From: the human T2T-CHM13v2.0 reference genome, Homo sapiens
DNA length: 64,000 bases
Strand: one strand, 5' to 3'
Assembly (NCBI RefSeq): GCF_009914755.1
Contig: NC_060946.1
The first letter of the stretch is position 1, and each line of letters starts with the position of its first letter. Below, in pieces: positions 28,693 to 42,200 of the stretch. Under the pieces are notes generated by a model. The model saw only the letters and a program-made list of their open reading frames with translations. It was not told the DNA's origin and searched no databases. Made by a program: the position numbers and the translations under genes.

Positions 28693-31600
28693 AGTGGTGC
28701 CCATTCATGGGGGCTCGAATACAGGTCAAAGGATCGCTGGAGCAACGATTGGAGAATGTGGAACTAGCTGGAGGACATCCGAGTACTCTTAAAGCAATCC
28801 CCGTGGTGAGTCAGAAGGGGAGCTCGGAAGCATCAGGGTAACAATGGGACAAGTGTGGGCTGTGGTTCGTTCTACCTTGGAACTTTTTCACACTGATAAT
28901 GAGGAGGAAGGAGAGTATATCAAAGTAACAGTAGAGGTTACAGACCAGGTTTATTTGCCACCTAAAGCTAAAGCAGAAAAGGAGGGAGAGGTTCATCCCT
29001 ACCCTTCTGCACCCCCTCATTATTATTTTGAAGAAAACGACCCTCCAGATATTTCTTTTCTGGAGGACACTGGGTGAAAAGTAGTTGCCCTGGTGACTGT
29101 TCGAGCACCGCCTTGAGCGACTGCTTAGTTCTATTCAGGCAGGAATTCAGCAAGCTAGACAAAAGTGGGATTTAGAGGCTTGGCAGTTCCCTGTTTGAAT
29201 ACACCCCCCAGATCAACAGGGAAATATTATAGCTACATTTGAATCTTTTCCTTTTAAATTACTCAAAAAAATTAAACAAGCTATAAATCAGTATGGACCA
29301 GGTTCTCCTTTTGAAATGGGACTGTTAAAGAATGTTGCTGTTTCCAGTCGGATGATTCCTACTGACTGGGACACTCTTACTCTAGCTTGTCTAACTCCTG
29401 CTCAGTTCTTACAATTTAAAACTTAGTGGGCAGATGAAGCTTCCATTCAGGCTGCTCGCAATGCCTGGGCCCAACCTCAAATTAATATAACTGCAGACCA
29501 ACTTTTGGGGGTTGGTGCCTGGGCTGGTTTACATGTACAAGTAGTCAAGCAGGATGATGCCATAGAACAGCTTAGAGGAGTGTGCATTAGAGCTTGGAAA
29601 AAAATCACTTCATATGGAGAACAATACCCTTCATTTAGTGCTATAAAACAGGGACCAAGAGAACCATATGTGCATTTTATAGCTTGGTTACAGGAGTCTC
29701 TTAAAAAGATGATTGCAGATTTGGCTGCTTAGGATATAGTGTTGCAGTTATTAGTTTTGACAACGCTAATCCCTATTGCCAGGCTGCTCTGCGACCTATC
29801 AGAGGGAAAGCACATTTAGTTGATTATAACAAGGCCTGTGATGATATCAGAGATAATCTACATAAAGCTACTTTGTTGGCACAGGCGACGGCAGGACTGA
29901 GAGTGGATAAAGGAAATACTCTATTTCCTGGAGCTTGTTTTAACTGTGGGAAGCATGGTCATACTAAAAAGAATGTAAAAAAAAAATCAGCAAGTCAGGC
30001 CACCAGATAGGTGAAAAAAGAAAACTGCTGATCCTGAAATATGTCTAAAATGTAAAAAAGGAAAACTTTGGGCTAATCAGTGTCACTCTAAGTTTGATAA
30101 AGAAGGGAACCCGATTTTGGGAAACTCCCTGGGGGGCCCATTCCAGGCCCTGTTCTAAACCAGGGCATTTCTAGCTCAGGCCATTCCCTCACACCCGTAC
30201 ATTATCTGTCCCCCACCATAGCCCATAGTGTCGCAGTAGACTTATGCTGCACAAAAGCTGTGAGCCTTCTGCCTGGGGAACCCCCGCAAAAGGTCCCAAC
30301 AGGAGTCTGTGGACCGTTGCCAGGAGGGACAATGGGATTACTTTTAGGAAGGTCTAGTTTAAGTTTAAAAGGGGTACAAATACACACTTTCCTCATTGAT
30401 TCAGATTACAATGAGGAAATTCAAATTGTGATATCTACTTCTGTTCCCTGGAAAGCACAGCCAGGAGTGGGCATAGCACAGCTCCTGAGTGTGAAGTATG
30501 TGGGAATGGGAAAAAGTGAAATTAAATGAACTGGAGGATTTGGAAGCACAAATAAAAAAGGCAAGGCAGCTTATTGGGTAAATCAAATTACTGATAAACA
30601 TCCTATCTGTGAAATAACTATCCAGGGAAAGAACTTTAAAGGTTTGGTAGATACAATTTTTTTTTTTTTTGGTAGGAGTGGACATTTCAATCATTTCTCT
30701 ACAGCACTGGCCGTCCATGTGGCCAATTCAGCCCACTCAATTTAACACAGTGGAAACTGCTAAAGCCCCAGAAGTGTATCAAAGTAGCTATATTTTGCAT
30801 TGTGAAGGGACCGATGGACAACCTGGGACTGTTCAACCAATTGCAACTTCTGTACCTATAAATTTATGGGGGAGAGATTTATTATGACAATGGGGAGCAC
30901 AAGTTCTAATTCCATAGCAATTATACAGCCCTCAAAGTCAACATATGATGCACGAAATGGGGCATGTCCCTGGTATAGGAGTAGAAAAAAATTGCAAGGT
31001 TTGAAAGAACTGCTTCAAACGGAAAGACAAAGTTCCTGCCAAAGATTAGGATACCATTTTTGATGGTGGCCACTGTTAAGCCTCCAGAACCTATACCTTT
31101 AAAATGGTTAACAGATAAGCCAATTTGGATAGAATAATGGCTGCTAAGCAAAGAGAAACTGGATGCTTTAGAGAAATTAGTTACTGAACAATTAGAAAAT
31201 GGGCACATAGCTCCAACATTTTCCCCTTGGAATTCTCCAGTGTTCATAATTAAGAAAAAATCAGGTAAATGGAGAATGTTAACTGACTTAAGAGCCATCA
31301 ATTCAGTTATACAACCTATGGAAACATAACAGCCAGGATTGCCTTCTCCTACTATAATTCCAAAAAATTGGCCTTTAATAGTCACAGATTTAAAAGACTG
31401 TTACTTTACTACCCTTTTAGCTGAGCAAGACTGTGAACGGTTTGCATTTACAATTCCTGCAGTAAACAACCTGCAGCCTGCTAAGCGTTTTCGTTGTTTC
31501 ACAGATGGGTCTAGTAATGGTAAAGCTTCTTATTCTGGATCAAAAGGTAAAGTTTTCCAGACACCCTATACTTCAGCTCAAAAAGCGGAGCTTGTAGCTG

Positions 31601-32051
31601 TAATTGAGGTATTGACTGCTTTTGATATGCCTGTTAATGTGATTTCTGATTCTTCATACATGGTTCATTCCACACAGTTAATTGAAAATGCTCAGTTACG
31701 ATTTCATACAGATGAACAACTGATAATAAAAACAAAAAAAGGGGGAGAAACAGGGATTACGGGTAGCCCATACACAATTGAATCTATCATTATTAACTTT
31801 CAAATTTTTGAGCCTGCCCAAAGGCCAGATGTTACCAGCAGCTGAACAGCATCTACAGAAACTAGCTGCAAAGAGAGAAGCAGAACAACTGGTTTGGTGG
31901 AGAGATCCAATAACAAAAAGTTGGGAAATAGGTAAAATTATAACTTGGCATAGAGATTATGCTTGTGTTTCTCCAGGACCGAATCAACAACTGATTTAGA
32001 TACCATCAAGACACCTGAAATTTTATCATGAGTCAGATGCTGAGGAAGAGA
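28693..32051 (+). pseudogene. HERV-K(HML-3) internal region: gag-pro-deleted pol; no env or 3' LTR
   Basis: MGQVWAVVRSTLELF (28844); AIKQGPREPY MHR; dUTPase GLLLGRSSL; [17 protein letters not shown] and DLKDCYF; RNase H FTDGS, SAQKAEL; integrase C-terminus VWWRDPITKSWE. Confidence 0.92.
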
Positions 32052-32086
32052 TAAAAAGCACAATCATCATTGAAATTAGAGCTTCT

Positions 32087-32308
32087 GGCTGGGCGCGGTG
32101 GCTCACGCCTGTAATCCCAGCACTCTGGGAGGCCGAGGTGGGCAGATCACAAGGTCAGGAGATCGAGACCATCCTGGCTAACACGGTGAAACCCCGTCTC
32201 TACTAAAAATACAAAAAATTAGCTGGGTGAGGTGGCGGGCGCCTATAGTCCCAGCTACTCAGGAGGCTGAGGCAGGAGAATGGCATGAACCCGGGAGGCA
32301 AAACTTCA
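32087..32308 (+). mobile_element. AluY truncated in its right arm (no tail)
   Basis: AluY diagnostics; sequence breaks shortly after GAACCCGGGAGGC. Confidence 0.92.
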
Positions 32309-32422
32309 GGTTTTGCCAAGAATGACACTGTAAATGTAACAAAGCTTCTGTGCTTGTTAGTGAACACCAAATCAGCTACTCTCCTGTATTCGGAGATCAG
32401 GATGAAATGAAAAGAACAAGCA

Positions 32423-32722
<300 letters not shown>

Positions 32723-33385
32723 AGACCCCCAACCTTGTCTAGACTGTGGGGTTTCAGTTTCACCCCAGGGGGGTCCTGGTTGGGTTAGAATCCTGAATCT
32801 CGTTTGAGTTCGAACCCTAAAGAATAAAGGGAATAAAGGCTGTAGCTACTGAGCTACTCAATCTGGTCTGGTTCTGGCTTTTGTGTGTCTATCTGTATTT
32901 TTGGTCTAAATATTTGGCCCAACAGAGGTTAAAGGCTTTGATGTTCTCAGCAAAAGCCTTGTGAGATTTCTAGTTTATCTGTGTGCTCAATTGGAACAAA
33001 GAGACTCAATAAACTAGAAAAACCTAAAGAAAATGGCACACGTGAAAAATTGAGAGCCAACTCCTGTTTGTTGTTCTGTCCACCTCCCTCTCTCACTCCT
33101 CCTTCTGCCTTTGCTGTGGTCCCATGGTGTTTCTGTCTTTCCGGGGACCTGAGATTCAGTGTAGGAGTGAAGTCCATGATTTTAAAGCCTTCATGTCTCT
33201 GCTTTTTAACTCTGCCTGCTTTGCTGAGCTCTTATAATGAGAAATAAACTATTCAGGACAGGTACAACAGGGCATCAGAAAACCAACTTCAGGCAGCGCT
33301 CCGGCAAGTACCTCCCTAGAGGGGAAGGGCTTACTAAAGGAGATTTAATCTTGAAAAGGCCAAAATGAGAAGCTCTAACCTTTAG

Positions 33386-34125
<740 letters not shown>

Positions 34126-34363
34126 TCTAGTGCACACTTTAAACCTGACGGCCAAATTACATGAAAGAAAATTCAGAACTCAAATAGTTACTATTTTTAA
34201 AAACCCTAAAATGAAAAAGTCTCAGTTCTTTTGCCTATCTTTTTTTTTTTCCCTGCCTACTTTGAATCTGCTGATTTGTCTACTGGTGTTGAGATAAGAC
34301 TTACTGTCTGTGGTGTTACCAATTCAAGGTTACTTGGCTGAAGAAAAACAAAAGAATGAAACA

Positions 34364-34683
<320 letters not shown>

Positions 34684-35161
34684 AAAAGAGTTCTTTTATA
34701 AATGCAAATAATTTAAAAAGTACTGATAAAATAAAAATAGAAATGTCTTCAGAATTGTCAGCATACATTTTTGACTGTGTTTTATATTTACATTTGCTAG
34801 ATATTTTAAGGTGCTAGGGTTTGGCATGAAGGTTATAAAGCTATAAACACAGGAAAAAAAGAATATTTGTTTATGTGATTTTTTAAATACATAAGACCAA
34901 TTTAATACGGTTTGTTGAACAAAAATAATGGAATTTTCTGAGTTATTGGTAAAATACCCTTGTATTTAACTCTGAAATCCTCACTTATGTGAACACCTGA
35001 TATTCACAGGCTATAACATGGTTAACAAGAAAATAACCTAGAAATGATGACTAGCTTTGTCTAATACCTCAGTTCTCACAAATACTCTAGATAAACTGTC
35101 AAAAATAAGTAAATGTAAATGGATAAATGTCTATACAAGACATTTTAATGTATTTTTGAAA

Positions 35162-35435
35162 TTTTTTTGAGCCAATGTCTCTGCCTGTCACCCAGGCTGA
35201 AGTGCAGTGGCATGATCACAGCTCATTGCAACCTTGACCTCCTGCACTCAAGGGATCCTCCCACCTCAACCTCCCAAGAAGTTGTTAATTACAGGCATGC
35301 AACACCATGGTCAGCTAACTTTTATTTTTTTTGTAGAGTCAGCATCTCGCTATTTGCTCAGGCTGGTCTCACGATACTCCTGCCTTGGCCTCCTAAAGTG
35401 TTGGGATTACAGGTGTGAGCCACCATGCCCAGCCT
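35162..35435 (-). mobile_element. AluJ
   Basis: ATGATCACAGCTCATTGC; antisense Alu. Confidence 0.88.
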
Positions 35436-35513
35436 ATTTTTGAAATTTTAGTTATGTTAAATTAAATAATAGATACTCATTAAATATCTGGGTTATTTCC
35501 AATTTAAAACTTA

Positions 35514-35846
<333 letters not shown>

Positions 35847-36992
35847 TCATTCTCATATGTAAGATACTGCTATATGACAATTCAAGATTTCTTTCTTCCT
35901 AAGTTTTTTATTAAAATAAGGGTTACTAAGTGTTAATATCTTGGTAGATATATGTGATTAAGACTACTAGATACAAGAGAAACAATTCTGTATGCAAAAT
36001 CTATACGGGTTTTTGTTTCAGAGAAAGTAAATTCGCTTAGAGATTTTTAAGGATTATTTTAAATTGAAGGAATAAAAAAGATAGATAAAACTAAATGTGT
36101 ATAAAAAGTTGGGAAAGATGGAAAAAATTATACAAGCTTATTAAAAGTTTATGTAAATCTTACCTCGAGGTCAAAACTGATTGAGATCAGATAGATTGTT
36201 TATAAAGTTTATTTAAATTAGCTGTAATATTAAAAACATAGTGATAAAAAACAAAAAAATTTGGTTAAAACAACAAGGTTTTCTTAATGCATTTATTTGC
36301 TCATAATAAGAGGTAATAAATATTGACTTTTAATCCTGATATCTGTTACTATAAAATCTTTTCAGATTTGTATATCAGAAGTTCAACGTTTCCTGTACTT
36401 TCATGTTACACATGACTCACAGATCACATCATTGTCTTCTGTTTCTTCTTGAGAAGGAATAAAAGGCTTGGGTTTCCTGCTTGGCTGGGATGATAACTCC
36501 TTCAGCTTTTTCATCAGGTCTAATTTTGTACTCTTGGCTTTTAAATATGTCTTAATTACTTCATGTAACCAGGATACAGCAGGAAACTTCCATGCTATCA
36601 TTGTGAGCTATGGATCCCCACTGCTCTATGCTCTGGTTTTCCTGTTTACATTCCTCTGTAATATTATGCTCACTCATGACCCTGGACACACTCTTTCTAT
36701 GTCTAATTAAATTCAAGTCTCCGTTTCATCGGTTTGACTTCCAAGTGATTTAAATTAGCTTCCCATAAGAAGACACAATTATGCCACAGGAGCTTTTACC
36801 CTTTAAATGACTGGCCTGTAATAAAGATTTTAGGTTTTATCAAGATAATCCATGTGTTGCCTTTATTGTTTTTTTAATTACTTGGGAAAACTGAGGGTTT
36901 TCAGTTTTCACATCCATGTAACCTTCTATGTTGCTTTTGATGTCTTTTGGTTGTCATGTTAATTAAATGAATGTTATTTAAAAATGACATGT

Positions 36993-37297
36993 GGCTGTGT
37001 GCAGCGGCTCTTGTCTGTAATTCCAGCCCTTTGGGAGGCCAAGGTGGGTGGATCACTTGAGCCCAGGAGTTCAAGTCCAGCCTGGGCAAAATGGCAAAAC
37101 CCCATATCTACTAAAAATACAAAAGCTAGCTAGGTGTGGTAGCAAGTGCTCATAGTCCTGGCTACTTGGGAGACTAAGGTGGAGGATCACCTGAGCCTGG
37201 GAGGTTGAGGCTGCAGTGAGCCATGATTTCACCACTGCACTCCAGCCTGGGCAACAGGGTGAGACCCTGTCTCAAAAAAATAATAAAATAAAAAACA
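36993..37297 (+). mobile_element. AluJ
   Basis: GGATCACTTGAGCCCAGGAG; GAGGTTGAGGCTGCAG. Confidence 0.92.
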
Positions 37298-37413
37298 ATA
37301 AACTACCATTCCGTTTTGGTCAAATGTTTTCAATTTTTTGACATCTTTGCTAAAACTTAGTTGATAACATTGTATGGGAAGCATTGCCAAAAGATAAGTA
37401 ACACTAAATCTTC

Positions 37414-37708
37414 TTTTTTTTTTTCTCTGAGACAGAATCTTGCTTTGTCACCCAGGCTGGAGTGTTGTAGCATGATCTAGTTTCACTGCAAATTCTGCCC
37501 CAAGGTTCAAGCAATTCTTCTGCCTCAACCTCCCAAGTAGCTGGGACTACAGACAAGTGCCACCATACCCGGCTAATTTTGTATTTTTAGTAGAGACAAG
37601 ATTTCTCCATGTTGGCCAGGCAGGTGTCGAACTCCTGACCTCTGATGATCTGTCCAACTTGGCCTCCCAAAGTGTTGGGATTACAGGCATGAGCCACTGT
37701 GCCCAGCT
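37414..37708 (-). mobile_element. AluS
   Basis: Antisense Alu; TSD TAAATCTTCTTTT. Confidence 0.92.
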
Positions 37709-38079
37709 TAAATCTTCTTTTGGTTACATTTATAGGTATGTTATTAATATAAATATTTTAAAAGTTATATAAATTATAAAAATCTAATAGGGTTTCAGTC
37801 ATAATTTTGATGATGTTAAATATTTTCTAAAGTTGTATGTGTATAGATATATTATTAATATAAATATTCTAAAGATTATATAAAATTTCTGGAAGTCTGA
37901 TGGATCTGATGTGTTGCCATCAGTCATGATTCTGGCTGTTATCTTAAAATGCTACATATAATACAAATAACTAAATTTTCTCGAGATTTGAGAACTTCCA
38001 CTGGATTTTAACCAACGGCTATTCTAAGTTTTTGTCATCCACGGTGATTGATTAAAGTTCTTCTCTAAAACCCTTTACA

Positions 38080-38420
38080 GGCCGGGCACGGTGCTGGAGG
38101 CCATGCAGGGCACGGTGCTGGGCATGGTGCAGGGCATGGAGGCTCATGCGTGTAAATATCCCAGCACTTTGCAAGGCTGAGGTGGGTGAATTGCTTAAAC
38201 TAAGAAGTTTGAAAGCAGCCTAGGCAATATGGTAAAATCCCATCTCTACAAAAATACAAAAATTAGCCAGGCATGATGGTGCATGCCTATGGTCCCAGCT
38301 ACTTCGGAGGGTGAGGTAGGAGGATGGCTTGAGTTTGGGAGGGAGAGATTGCAGTGAACCAAGATCATGCCACTGCACTCCATCCTGAGTGATAGAGCCA
38401 GACCGTGTCTCAAAAAAAAA
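38080..38420 (+). mobile_element. AluJ with reiterated 5' end
   Basis: Alu body; TSD AAAA(C/G)CCTTTACA. Confidence 0.88.
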
Positions 38421-39203
38421 GCCTTTACAATCAGCTATCATCTAAATTACTTTTAATGGAAAGGATTCTGACAAGTTCTCTTAAATATGGTTTCAGATAA
38501 CTTTGGGGATCAAACCATTGGACTAGGAAAATCTTCCAGGACTCTAAAAAGCTGAATGAGAATTTCTAATTGAAATCAAGCAAAACACAAAAAACTGAAT
38601 GAGAATTGCTATTTGAAATCAAGCAGAACAAGATTTAGTTACATGGGAGTGAACTTATAAAAGAAGGAAAAGATTTTATCCATGGCCCTCCCATTAGAAA
38701 CATTGTTGATCCTCTTTATGTTTTGTTTTCCAAAGTCAATAATTTTTTTTCTTTTCAGCTATTTTTAATTTACAATACATTAGATAAACTACATTGTGAA
38801 CAAAAATTTGAGCCATTTATCTGTCTCTCTAGCTGATTTCTCCAGAATTCAGAAGCCATTCGTGAGCATTCTTAAATTATGGCAATATAATTATTTGCAT
38901 AATTTCAATAAGAATCTGTTTTTGGTAACAAGATTCAATTGGAGACACTGTTTGTTTTATCAAGGCTTTAACTCGAATGGCAGATACAACCAGACCACTT
39001 TAAGGAATTGAGGTTGACTTTATAGCACCAATACAAAACCCCTTAGAATGACTGGCTTGATGTCCTGTATACAAAGGTCCTTTACAAAGTTGCTATTCTT
39101 GTGGTAAGAAATAAAGAATGTCACTTTCTGATGGGCCAGGAACCTCAAGATATTTGGGGACCTTGAGAAGAGAGGACTACACCCATTCATTAAAGTATTA
39201 CAG

Positions 39204-42200
39204 GAGAGCTGGCAAGATGTCTGAATAGGAACAGCTCCGGCCTGCAGCACCCAGTGAGATCAACACAGAAGTCAGGTGGTTCATGCATTTCCAACTGAGC
39301 CTCCACTGGTGATACCCAGGAAAACAGGGTCTGGAGTGGACCTCCAGCAAACTCGAGCAAACCTGCAGCAGAGGGACCTGACTGTTAGAAGGAAAACTAA
39401 CAAACAGAAAGGAATAGTATCGACATCACCAACATCAAAGACCAAAGGTAAATAAATCCACAAAGATGGGGAGAAACCAGTGCAAAAATGCTGAAAACTC
39501 CAAAAGTCAGAATGCCTCTTCTCCTCCAGAAGATCACAACTCCCCGCCAGCAAGGGAACAAAACTGGACAGACAGTGAGTTTGATGAATTGACAGAAGTA
39601 GGCTTCAGAAGGCGGGTAATAACAAACTCCTCCGAGCTAAAGGAGCATGTTCTAACCCAATGCAAGGAAGCTAAGAGCCTGAAAAATAAAGGTTAGACGA
39701 ATTGTTAACTAGAATAACCAGTTTAGAGAAGAATATAAATGACCTGATGGAGCTGAAAAACCCAGCACAAGAACTTCATGAAGCATACACAAGTATCAAT
39801 AGCTGAATCAATCAATCAGGAGAAAGGATATCAGAGATTGAAGATCAACTCAATGAAATAAAGCAAGAAGACAAGATTAGAGAAAAAAGAGTGAAAAGAA
39901 ATGAACAAAGCCTCCAAGAAATAGAGGACTATGTTAAAAGTCTGAATCTACGTTTGATTGGTGTACCTGAAAGTGACAGAAAGAATGGAACCAAGTTGGA
40001 AAAAACTCTTAAGGATATTATTCAGGAGAACTTCCCTAACCTGGCAAGACAGGCCAACATTCAAATTCAGGAAATACAGAGAACACCACTAAGATACTCC
40101 TCAAGAAGAGCAACCCCAAGACACAAAATCATCAGATTCACCAAGGTTGAAATGAAGGAAAAAATATTAAGGGCAGCCAGAGAGAAAGGTTGAGTTACCA
40201 ACAAAGGGAAGCCCATCAGACTAACAGTGGATCTCTTGGCAGATAGCCTACAAGCCAGAAGAGAGTGGGGGCCAATATACGACATTCCTAAAGAAAAGAA
40301 TTTTCAAGCCAGAATTTCATATCCAGCCAAACTAAGCTTCATAATTGAAGGAGAAATAAAATCCTTTACAAGCAAATGCTGAGAGATATTGTCACCACCA
40401 GGACTGCGTTACAAGAGTTCCTGAAGGAAGCACTAAACACGGAAAGGAACAACTGGTAACAGCCACTGCAAAAACATACCAAATTATAAAGACCATTGAC
40501 ACAATGAAAAAACTGCATCAACTAATGAGCAAAATAACCAGCTAGTATCATAATGACAGGATCAAATTCACACATAACAATATTAACCTTAAATGTAAAT
40601 GAGCTAAATGTCCCCAGTTGAAAGACACAGTCTGGCAAATTGGATAAAGAGTCAAGACCCATCAATGTGTTGTATTCAGGAGACCCATCTCATACACATA
40701 GGCTCAAAATAAAGGGATGAAGAAACATTTACCAAGCAAGTGGAAAGCAACAAAAGGCAGGGGTTGCAATCCTAGTTTCTGATAAAACAGATCTTAAGCC
40801 AACAAAGATAAAAAGAGACAAAGAAGGGCATTACATAATGGTAAAGGGATCAATGCAACAAGAAGAGCTAACTATCCTAGACATATATGCACCCAATACA
40901 GGAGCACTCAGATTCATAAAGCAAGTTCTTAAAGACCTACAAAGAGACTTAGGCTCCCACACAATAATAGTGGGAGACTTTAACACTCCACTGTCAATAT
41001 TAGATAGATGAGACAGAAAATTAACAAGAATATCCAGGACTTGAACTCAGCTCTGGACCAAGTGGACCTAAAAGATATCTACAGAACTCTCCACCCCAAA
41101 TCAACAGAATGTACCTTCTTCTCAGCACCGCATTGTACTTATTCTAAAATTGACCACATAATTGGAAGTAAAACACTCCTCAGGAAATGCAAAAGAATGG
41201 AAATCATAACAAACAGTCTCTCAGACCACAATGCATTCAAATTAGTATGCAGGATTAAGAAACTCACTCAAAACCTGACAACTACATGGAAACTGGGCAA
41301 CCTGCTCCTGAATGACTACTGGGTAAATAACGAAATGAAGGCAGAAATAAAGATGTTCTTCAAAACCAATGAGAACAAAGACACAACGTACCAGAATCTC
41401 TGGGACACATTTAAAGCAGTGTGTAGAGGGAAATTTATAGCACTAAATGCCCACAAGAGAAAGCAGGAAAGATCTAAAATTGACACCTTAACATCAAAAT
41501 TAAAAGAACTAGAGAAGAAAGAACAAACAAATTCAAAAGCTAGGAGATGACAAGACATAAATAAGATCAGAGCAGAATTGAATGAGATAGAGACATGAAA
41601 AACCCTTCAAAACATCAATGAATCCAGGAGCTGGTTTTTCGAAAAGATCAACAAAACAGACCACTAGCCAGACTAATAAAGAAGAAAAGACAGAAGAATC
41701 AAATAGATGTAATAAAAAATGATTAAGAGGATATCACCACTGATCCCACAGAAATACAAATTATCATCAGAGAATACTACAAAGACTAAACCAGGAAGAA
41801 GTCAAATTCCTGAATAGACCAATAACAAGTTCTGAAATTGAGGCATTAATCAATAGCCTACCAACCAAAAAAAGTCCAGGACCAGACGGATTCACAGCCA
41901 AATTCTACCAGAGGTACAAAGAGGAGCTGGTACCATTCCTTCTGAAACTATTCCAAACAATAGAAAAAGAGAATCCTCCCTAACTCATTTTATGAGGCCA
42001 ACACAACAAAAAAAGGAAATTTTAGGCCAATATGCCTGATGAACATCAATGCAGAAATCCTGAATAAAATACTGGAAAACTGAATCCAGCAGCACATCAA
42101 AAAGCTTGTCCACCATGACCAAGTTGGCTTCATCCCTGGGATGCAAGGCTGGTTCAACATGCAAATCAATAAATGTAATCCCTCACATAAACGGAATCAA

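Noticed and set aside
26472-28720. tRNA genes at the Lys-like sequences
   Set aside because: Only ~18-nt retroviral primer-binding sites next to LTRs
41770-42010. Further splicing events in the L1PA7 ORF2 (gaps near 41780 and 42000)
   Set aside because: Short gaps whose recalled consensus boundaries do not look like GT-AG introns; more likely ordinary deletions
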